DNA of 64,000 bases, taken from positions 4,032,001-4,096,000 of the forward strand of contig OZ220744.1 of assembly GCA_965116925.1 (NCBI GenBank), written 5' to 3'. The stretch is from Candidatus Poribacteria bacterium. GTDB lineage: Bacteria; Poribacteria; WGA-4E; PCPOR2b. Both the position numbers and the translations under genes were made by a program. The notes under the pieces are model-generated. The model worked only from the letters and a program-made list of their open reading frames with translations, made no database searches and had not been told where the DNA came from. Shown one piece after another: positions 56,950 through 64,000 of the stretch; position 1 is the first letter of the stretch; each line of letters begins with the position of its first letter.

Positions 56950-57981
56950 TTATTTTTCGGCTTGCTTCAACCGTCCCCATACCGTCATTCGCTTACCTAC
57001 CGGAGAAACAGAAAAAGTAACAGTGGGTTGCCAGTCATCTGCTGGGTGGTTTGTGAGCTGGCGGATGTTAGTTCCGTCGGCATTCATCATATAAATGTCA
57101 TAATTTCCCTCTCGGTTTGAGGAAAAGACAATCTTTTGACCGTTGGGAGCCCACGCTGGCAGGATCTCATCACTTGGATCTTTTGTTAAACGACGGATGT
57201 TTTTTCCGTCGGCGTTCATAATATAAATGTCGTAGTTTCCAGCGTCAAAGTTTCCGTCGCCAAAATTTCCGACCCGTATAGAAGCAAACACGATCTGATG
57301 ACCATTTGGCGACCACATGGGATGCCGGTCGCGTCCAGGGTGTTCTGTCAAGTTTCGGATGTTCTTACCATTGGCAGCCATGACGTAGATGTCATCGTCC
57401 AACCCTACAAGCCGATTTCGATCCGATTGAAAAGCAATTCTATGTCCGTCAGAGGACCAAGCGGAGTGGTAGTCCAATGCGGAATGGTCGGTGAGTCTAC
57501 GAACGTTTGCACCATCAGCCTGCATAACATAGATTTGGGGACCTGAATCCCCGGCGTAATAGCGATAGGATGAAAAGGTAATTTGACGGTTATCAGGGGA
57601 CCAAGCGGGTTGACCAGCACCTTCAGGATTGTATGTCAACCTACGGACGTTCTTTCCATCAGCACCCATCACGTAGATAGCCGAGTGTCCATGTCCAATC
57701 CCACCATGCCTGAAGGAACTGAAAACAATATCTCGACCATCAGGAGACCACGCTGGATCTCTGTCAGTATCAGGATTATTCGTTAGATTGCGGAGATTTT
57801 TTCCGCCTCCATCTATTACATAAATTTCGCTATTTCCTTCCCGATTGGAGACAAAAGCAATCTGCATCTTTGGGCGCACTTGTGCGTAAAGGTGTGTCAA
57901 GGGAATTACATCACTTAACAAAGCGACCAGCACCATTCCAAATGTGACCCGTGCGAACCTTGAGGCACTCATTCGGTTCAT
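56950..57981 (-). CDS. Secreted TolB-like PD40-repeat protein
   Basis: WSPDG repeats; C-terminal VSPVGKRMTVWGRLK; GGAG RBS before ATG 57981. Confidence 0.9.
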   Translation of the reverse strand: MNRMSASRFARVTFGMVLVALLSDVIPLTHLYAQVRPKMQIAFVSNREGNSEIYVIDGGGKNLRNLTNNPDTDRDPAWSPDGRDIVFSSFRHGGIGHGHSAIYVMGADGKNVRRLTYNPEGAGQPAWSPDNRQITFSSYRYYAGDSGPQIYVMQADGANVRRLTDHSALDYHSAWSSDGHRIAFQSDRNRLVGLDDDIYVMAANGKNIRNLTEHPGRDRHPMWSPNGHQIVFASIRVGNFGDGNFDAGNYDIYIMNADGKNIRRLTKDPSDEILPAWAPNGQKIVFSSNREGNYDIYMMNADGTNIRQLTNHPADDWQPTVTFSVSPVGKRMTVWGRLKQAEK

Positions 57982-58075
57982 CTCGTACTCCTTTCTATAG
58001 TTAAAAATCAATGGAGTACGGGCAAGGAATGTGCCAACCGATTTTTTGATACTGCATAAAATTTACACACGAATA

Positions 58076-58810
58076 TTAGTATTTTATCCGTAATAGTGAC
58101 AAACCGTGTGGCGGTACAGAAGCACCAGCTGCTGACCTATCCCGTGCCTCCAGAATTTTGTGCAATTGATTGACGCCATCTTCTCTGTCGTGCAGCTTCA
58201 AGATGGTGCCGACGATGGCACGAACCATACCCCGCAGAAAGGCATCCGCCTCAACTTCAAAATAGACCAGATCTTGTTCCCGCCAACATCGGCATTCGTA
58301 AATCTCACAGATTGGATTAATCCGATCGCTGCCGGAGCGTTGAAAGGAGGAGAAATCCCGCACCCCGACGAGTGATTGGCAGGCTGCGTCCGCACTTTGC
58401 ACATCAATTTCGTCGGGAAAAAAGTAGGCATTGTTCCGTAGGAGTGCGGAGGGATATGTACGATTGAGAATCGTGTATCGATAGGTCCGACTCGCTGCGC
58501 TGAACCGGGCATGGAAATCTAGCGAGGCCTCTTCTGCATCAACAATGACAATGTCCCGCGGCAGGGTGGCATTGAGTGCTTTCTGAAATGCAATCGGCGG
58601 CATCTGGGAATGGGTGTGGAAATTGGCAACCTGACCGGCGGCGTGTACCCCTGTGTCCGTCCTCCCCGCTCCAATGATTTGCGTCTGTGTCTTGGTAATT
58701 TTTGTGAGTGCATCTTGGAGGGCTGCTTGAATCGTTATAGCGTTGGGTTGAATCTGCCAGCCGTGATAGTTTGTACCGTCGTATTCGATTGTGAGTTTGA
58801 TATTTCGCAT
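58076..58810 (-). CDS. truA: tRNA pseudouridine(38-40) synthase
   Basis: EYDGTNYHGWQ.Q, GAGRTDTGVHA, FHARFSA, FLRGMVR.IVG. Confidence 0.97.
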   Translation of the reverse strand: MRNIKLTIEYDGTNYHGWQIQPNAITIQAALQDALTKITKTQTQIIGAGRTDTGVHAAGQVANFHTHSQMPPIAFQKALNATLPRDIVIVDAEEASLDFHARFSAASRTYRYTILNRTYPSALLRNNAYFFPDEIDVQSADAACQSLVGVRDFSSFQRSGSDRINPICEIYECRCWREQDLVYFEVEADAFLRGMVRAIVGTILKLHDREDGVNQLHKILEARDRSAAGASVPPHGLSLLRIKY

Positions 58811-58994
58811 CGTTATTTTTAGCCGCGCAATACGTTCCGCACATCATTTTTTCCGCTTGATTCTTTTTTTTCGTAATGCTAAACTATCGTGAAATCAGTT
58901 TCTACATTCACCAAAATCTTAGCAGTAGCAGCCCCGTCCTTTAGGGCGGTGAGGAAACTGCGCTTCCTTTCTTGATTGATTCAAAGCATTGATT

Positions 58995-60308
58995 ATGAAA
59001 AAGACTTATGAATACAGAGCCTATCCAACAGTCAAGCAAGCCGATATACTGGTCGCATGGCTTGAAATCCTTCGCAACTTGTACAATCAAGCACTTGCAT
59101 GGCGTAAGGAAACCTACGAACAGACCGGTCAGTCCGTTAAGAAATCAACCCAATAGGACTTACGCAGTTGAATGGTCAAACCCTTGTAGTTCGGTGATTC
59201 ATCGCCCGTCCCCCCCTCTATCCCCCGCAAGCAGGGGGAGGGAAGAACGCGCAATGAATTGCGCTACTACAAACTGAAGTGCGTAACTCCTACCCAAGAA
59301 AAAGCCTTAACGCCGTTTCGCCAAGAATCAGACACACTCGCATCGCTTCATATTGACGTTTTGCAGGATACGATTGACCGATTAGACAAAGCCTATCAAG
59401 CGTTTTTTCGCCGTGGTAAGAAGGGCGAAAACCCCGGCTTTCCACGCTTCAAAGGTGCCGGTCGGTATCGGTCAATGACGTTTAAGCACTTGGCAAAGCA
59501 GTTGGTACGTGCTATCGGCAAGCGGACAGCGCGAGTCGTCGTGCCGAAAATCGGCCATGTTAAAATCCATTACCACCGGCCGTTGCCCGATGGGAAAATT
59601 AAGACGTTGACGGTACGGCGCAAAGCGAGTGGGTGGTATGTATGTATAGTGGTTGAGATACCAGACCCTGTTGAGCTTCCCGTTGAAACCACAATCGGGA
59701 TAGACGTAGGACTGAAATCCTTCCTGACCACTTCAGATGGTGATAAAGTCGCCAACCCTCGACACTTCCGCCGGTCAGAAAAGCAACTTGGTAAAGCGCA
59801 ACAGATATTGTCTCGTCGTAAAAAAGGCAGTGTCCGCTATGAGAAACAGCGGGAGCATGTTGCCAAGATACACGAACATATCGGCAATCAACGCCGTGAT
59901 TTTCAGGGGAAGACCGTGCATTGGTTGTTCTGCCAATGCGAAGAAGTTGCTGTTGAAGACCTGAAAATCAAGAACATGCTAAAGAATAAGTATCTATCTA
60001 AGAGCATATCCGACGCTGGCTGGGGCCGCTTTCGATTAAGACTTCAAAGCAAAGCTGCAAACGCTGGCTTGACGTTGACGAAAGTTGACCCTAAGCACAC
60101 CAGTCAGAAATGCTCAGGTTGTGATTCAGTTGTACCCAAATCGTTATCAGAGCGTGTCCATGCCTGTCCACACTGTGGGTTAGTATTGGATAGAGATTAT
60201 AACGCTGCAATAAACATTAAAAAGGCTGCTGTAGCCTTGCGTGGAGGTGTGTCGGTAGTGAACGACCCCGCCCCCCCTGTCCGGGGACAGAAGCGCGGAA
60301 CTCGGTAA
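58995..60308 (+). pseudogene. tnpB: tnpB interrupted by a MITE after codon 53
   Basis: ATG 58995 gives MKKTYEYRAYPT...KKSTQ then TAG from the MITE; the frame resumes EKALTPFRQES; RuvC D/E/D motifs retained. Confidence 0.92.
59154..59292. mobile_element. MITE, TAGGACTTACGCA TIR family, inserted in tnpB
   Basis: 139 bp, TIRs, 5-bp TSD CCCAA. Confidence 0.93.
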
Positions 60309-60370
60309 GACCCATTGGGCGGATAAACAAGCACCGTCCTTTAGGGCGGGGTAACTGACAGAGGGAAAAA

Positions 60371-61111
60371 ATGCGGATCAGTGAAGCACAGAAAGAGCAG
60401 TTTCAAGAAAAGGGATTTTTCGTCCTTGAAAATATCTTCAGTGAGGCGGAGATTGATAATCTCACCACTGAGATTGAGAGGTATGTCGACGAAGCGAACC
60501 AACAACTTAAAGCGGATGGCGGAAAGGGGATTAGTCGCCCGGACGAGATTGTGTTTACTTCCTTCATTGCGGAAAAAAACGAGAAGATTCTATCCTTCGT
60601 CAAACAGGATAAATTTGTTCAACTGACGACAAATCTCATCGGTCCAAATGTCCGTCTCTACTGGAATCAGGCGGTCTTCAAATATCCTGAAACACCCCAA
60701 GAGTTTCCGTGGCATCAGGACAACGGATATACACCACTCGATCCGGAACAGTATTATACCTGTTGGCTGGCACTGAGCGATTCAACACTGGAAAACGGTT
60801 GTATCTGGGTGCTGCCCGAAACTCATAAGCTCGGCACGCAGCCACATGAGCGAACAGTGTTAGGACAGGTCGGGTACTCCGGCGATAATCCGGGGGTTTC
60901 CGTACCGCTGAAAAAGGGGAGTATGGCGGTTTTCTCATCGTTACTTTTTCATCGGAGTGGTCCGAATCTGACAGAGGGCGTCCGCAAAGCGTATATCATT
61001 CAGTATATACCGGCTCACACGAGAAACGCAAGAAATAACGAACCCTTTACGGATAGGCTCTGGGTTGCGAAGGACGGGAAACGGTATGATGGCGAGGACT
61101 TGGTCGGGTAA
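60371..61111 (+). CDS. PhyH family Fe(II)/2-oxoglutarate dioxygenase
   Basis: FQEKGF, PWHQDNGY, ENGCIWVLP, HRSGPN. Confidence 0.92.
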   Translation: MRISEAQKEQFQEKGFFVLENIFSEAEIDNLTTEIERYVDEANQQLKADGGKGISRPDEIVFTSFIAEKNEKILSFVKQDKFVQLTTNLIGPNVRLYWNQAVFKYPETPQEFPWHQDNGYTPLDPEQYYTCWLALSDSTLENGCIWVLPETHKLGTQPHERTVLGQVGYSGDNPGVSVPLKKGSMAVFSSLLFHRSGPNLTEGVRKAYIIQYIPAHTRNARNNEPFTDRLWVAKDGKRYDGEDLVG

Positions 61112-61118
61112 AATCGGA

Positions 61119-61250
61119 GACTCATGTCAGAAGACAGTACAAACCGCAAGGAGCGTGAAACGTGATGCGTGAAACGTGAAAATCATTTGTTTATTGGTGC
61201 AGTCGGGCTAGGCAATCCCGATTTTGTCGCACGGTTTCTTAACATGATCC
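61119..61250. mobile_element. MITE, GGCTCATGTTAA-type TIR family, with CGTGAAA-repeat cargo
   Basis: Ends GACTCATGTCA...CTTAACATGATCC; flanks AAATCGGA/AAACCGGA (7 of 8 match); interior similar to the remnant at 40328-40550. Confidence 0.7.
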
Positions 61251-61302
61251 AAACCGGAAAATAGTTTTTGATGCCTTGGATAGGAGCAGGGGAAAAATTA
61301 AC

Positions 61303-61728
61303 ATGGATGACATCACATTCGAGTATTCAATCGATTCTGTCAACTGGACAGAATTGGTTGAGGTGTATCGCTTGGCACCGTTGGGCAACTACGATCCGGA
61401 ACGGCTACAATGCGCTTACGAAACGAGTCAGGTCTGCTGCTTTGTATACCGCGGTACTCAGTTGATTGGTGCCGGACGAGGATTGTCTGATGGGGAATAC
61501 TTCGCTTTCATTTGTGATATCGTTGTACTACCGGAATTTCAACGACAAGGGATAGGGACACGCATCATGAACGCGATGTCGGAGAGGTTAGCCGCTGAAA
61601 AAGTACTTCTGGCTTGTGTGATTGGGCAGGAAGACTTCTATAGAAAGCTGGGGTTCTTGAAACATAAATCCGTCATGGCTCTGTATCCGAATGCTGAACA
61701 GTATAAGGAAATCGGGCTTTTGGAATGA
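61303..61728 (+). CDS. GNAT family N-acetyltransferase
   Basis: ICDIVVLPEFQRQGIG, FYRKLGF. Confidence 0.9.
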   Translation: MDDITFEYSIDSVNWTELVEVYRLAPLGNYDPERLQCAYETSQVCCFVYRGTQLIGAGRGLSDGEYFAFICDIVVLPEFQRQGIGTRIMNAMSERLAAEKVLLACVIGQEDFYRKLGFLKHKSVMALYPNAEQYKEIGLLE

Positions 61729-61739
61729 AGGAGGGCAAC

Positions 61740-62510
61740 ATGGAACGTCTTGAATACGGAAACACAGGACTCGAAATTTCGCGCCTTTGCTTTGGTGCGG
61801 GACATCTCAATAAGGTCTGTGCAAGCTACGCAGAGGGCGGTAACTTGTTACGTGAGGCATTTGATCAGGGGATTACCTTCTGGGATACGGCTGAAGGGTA
61901 TGGCAGCCAGCCACATTTGGGTGCGGCGTTGAAGGGACTTGCGCGTGACCGAGTGGTTATCCAAACGAAAACGGGGGCCCTGGATTATGACGGTGCCCGC
62001 AAGAGTATCGAACGCTCCCTCCGGGAAATGGGGACCGATTACATCGACGTGCTTTTGTTGCATGGCGTTTCCTCACCTGAAGATTTGGAATCGCGGGATG
62101 GAGCTTTGTCAGCATTTCTGGATGCCAAGAATGAAGGGATTGTTCGTGTCATCGGTTGCTCGACGCACCTCTTTACGGGACCTGTGATGGACGCCGTCAT
62201 CGATCACTCTGAGATTCAGGTCATCTTGGCAACAGCGAACAAGGAGGGTAGAATGTTGGAGGGTGGTCCGTTTGATCGGCATCTTGAGTATCTCCAGCGT
62301 GCTTACGACCTCGGCAAGGGGTTGAGTATTATGAAGGTCATCGCAGCGGGAGATCTCCCTGAATCAGAGCTTGAAGATTGGATCCGCTGGGGATTTGAGT
62401 TAGAGATTGCACACGGCATCAATCTCGGTATGTCCAACCGTTCAGAGATCGATTTCGATGTACGGATCGCGCGTCAACATGCGAGGCAACGTCTGCGCAA
62501 GGTTGCGTGA
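61740..62510 (+). CDS. Aldo/keto reductase
   Basis: GNTGLEISRLCFG, WDTAEGYG, SLREMGTDYIDVLLLH. Confidence 0.92.
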   Translation: MERLEYGNTGLEISRLCFGAGHLNKVCASYAEGGNLLREAFDQGITFWDTAEGYGSQPHLGAALKGLARDRVVIQTKTGALDYDGARKSIERSLREMGTDYIDVLLLHGVSSPEDLESRDGALSAFLDAKNEGIVRVIGCSTHLFTGPVMDAVIDHSEIQVILATANKEGRMLEGGPFDRHLEYLQRAYDLGKGLSIMKVIAAGDLPESELEDWIRWGFELEIAHGINLGMSNRSEIDFDVRIARQHARQRLRKVA

Positions 62511-62551
62511 AAAGCCCTGAGAATTTTTCACCTGTCAAAGGAGGTTTCAAC

Positions 62552-63580
62552 ATGACAGAACATACGCATAACGCTTCACCTACATCTACCGTGATTCCTG
62601 CTTCCGAGACGGCTGAACGGATGGCAGTCGCCTGCGCGAACTTTTTAGAGACCTTGACGCCGGCGCTGCGGCGAAAGACAGAATTCGCGTTTGAAGATGG
62701 TGAACGTCAACGCTGGCACTACATCCCACGCGAGATGTTCGATCGCAAAGGGGTATATCTCCAAGAAATGAATCAGAAGCAACGAGAGGCGGCGTTCAGT
62801 CTGCTCGCCACCGGATTAAGCCGGACAGGCTATCAGAAAGCAACAGCAATTATTGATTTGGAAGCTACACTCGGTGAGCAGGAGCGGATGGAAGGGGTTG
62901 CACAACTTGCCCGAGATCCCGAACTCTACGCTTTCAGCGTTTTTGGAGATCCGACGAACCACGGTCCTTGGGGATGGCGGGCGGAAGGACATCACGTCTC
63001 GCTCCATTTTACCGTTGTGAACCGGGAGTTGATTACGCCAAATCCGTTTTTCTTTGGATCCAATCCCGCAGAGGTTCGACATGGACCCGATAAGGGGCTG
63101 CGGATATTGTCCGCAGAAGAAGACCTTGCCAGACAGCTTCTGGGATCTTTCAATCCAGATCAGAAAAGCAGAACGGTTATCCACGAAACGGCCCCCGCGG
63201 ATATCCTGACGCGAGATGTTCCAAAAGTCCAACTTGATGCCGCTGAAGGGTTGGCAGTCGAGTCGATGACAACCGCACAACGTGAGGTTTTAGCGCAGCT
63301 TATTGACACTTACATCGATCGTTTACCTGAACAGTTGGCGAAAATTGAGGAGCAGAAGCTGCGCGATGCGGGTATAAATGATATTCACTTCGCTTGGGCA
63401 GGACCGGCGAATCGCGGCCAGCCGCATTACTACCGGCTTCACGGTCCCTTCTTCTTTGTGGAATATGACAACACGCAAAACAGCGCAAACCATATCCACA
63501 CCGTTTGGCGACATATCGAGGATGACTTCGGTGTAGATCTGCTCCGTTCCCACTATCAGAACGGACACCATCACGCCTAA
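62552..63580 (+). CDS. DUF3500 family protein
   Basis: RWHYIP, WGWRAEGHHVS, HYYRLHGP, EYDNTQNSANHIHTVWR. Confidence 0.9.
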   Translation: MTEHTHNASPTSTVIPASETAERMAVACANFLETLTPALRRKTEFAFEDGERQRWHYIPREMFDRKGVYLQEMNQKQREAAFSLLATGLSRTGYQKATAIIDLEATLGEQERMEGVAQLARDPELYAFSVFGDPTNHGPWGWRAEGHHVSLHFTVVNRELITPNPFFFGSNPAEVRHGPDKGLRILSAEEDLARQLLGSFNPDQKSRTVIHETAPADILTRDVPKVQLDAAEGLAVESMTTAQREVLAQLIDTYIDRLPEQLAKIEEQKLRDAGINDIHFAWAGPANRGQPHYYRLHGPFFFVEYDNTQNSANHIHTVWRHIEDDFGVDLLRSHYQNGHHHA

Positions 63581-63633
63581 AACGGAGTTCGACACTGATG
63601 AACCGTGCGGAGGTGCAGATTCTTCGCACGGTT

Positions 63634-64000
63634 TTATGACTCGAGCCGGTTCGCCCGAAACCACTCATATATCAACACACTCCCCGCCACCGCCACGTTG
63701 AGCGATTCCACCTTGCCTGTCATAGGTAGCCGCGCCCACCCTTCGACTTGGGCCCGCACAGCATCGGATATGCCTCGCACGTCATGCCCCAGAACGATGG
63801 CGACCCGACCTTTCCAGTTTTCCTGATTCCAGAATTTGCCGAGATGCGGATCCGCTCCCATCGTTCTGAATCCTTTTTCATGCAACCATCTAAAAAGCCC
63901 TGGAATGTCAGCTATCTCCATAAGGGGGACGCTGAACAGTGAACCGTGACTTCCTCTTACAGATTTAGGGTGGAAGATGTCCACGCAGGGTGGGATCAGA
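63634..64000 (-). CDS. TrmH/SpoU family RNA methyltransferase, partial (start beyond the window)
   Basis: KSVRGSHGSLF, LPMTGKVESLNVAVAG. Confidence 0.9.
   Translation of the reverse strand, partial: LIPPCVDIFHPKSVRGSHGSLFSVPLMEIADIPGLFRWLHEKGFRTMGADPHLGKFWNQENWKGRVAIVLGHDVRGISDAVRAQVEGWARLPMTGKVESLNVAVAGSVLIYEWFRANRLES

Larger units (their letters stand above)
58912..60359 (+). mobile_element. tnpB-only IS200/IS605-family element
   Basis: Left end CAAAATCTTAGCAG..GCCCCGTCCTTTAGGGCGG after TTCAC; right end CCGTCCTTTAGGGCGGGGTAACTGAC. Confidence 0.85.

Noticed and set aside
59008..59277. 89-aa ORF, and the TTG start at 59259
   Set aside because: Artefacts of the MITE insertion; the real tnpB frame starts at 58995
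59154..59297. In-frame readthrough of the MITE (insert is 144 nt, a multiple of 3)
   Set aside because: The inserted frame begins TAG and has a TGA five codons later
777..63942. Numerous short antisense or alternate-frame ORFs in the ORF track
   Set aside because: They lie within well-supported genes and show no recognisable motifs

Overview
64 kb of bacterial chromosome with about 55 protein genes, no rRNA, tRNA or CRISPR array that I could see. The gene content (PD40/TolB-like repeat proteins ending in a V-x-x-x-x-[KR]-x-x-T-x-W-G-[KR]-[VIL]-K tail, a dockerin-tagged propeller, PhyH dioxygenases, a DUF6785-like transporter, giant TPR proteins) suggests Candidatus Poribacteria, but this is inference only. 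Housekeeping genes include coaE, queF, truA, dprA, uxuA, iscU/iscA-like genes and two ECF sigma/anti-sigma pairs. Main points of interest: (1) a complete minus-strand cobalamin riboswitch with promoter and terminator heading an atypical candidate B12 uptake operon (dockerin-tagged YncE propeller, large ectodomain fused to an ECF S-component-like module, second propeller); (2) two tnpB-only IS200/IS605 elements with readable ends, TAM and guide, one knocked out by a MITE; (3) at least three and possibly four MITE families that nest in one another and carry different REP-like hairpin cargo; (4) a tandem Hfq-like protein; (5) a shared C-terminal candidate sorting motif; (6) several enzymes missing catalytic or ligand residues (IscU, HtrA, amidohydrolase). 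Family assignments come from motif recognition, not database searches.
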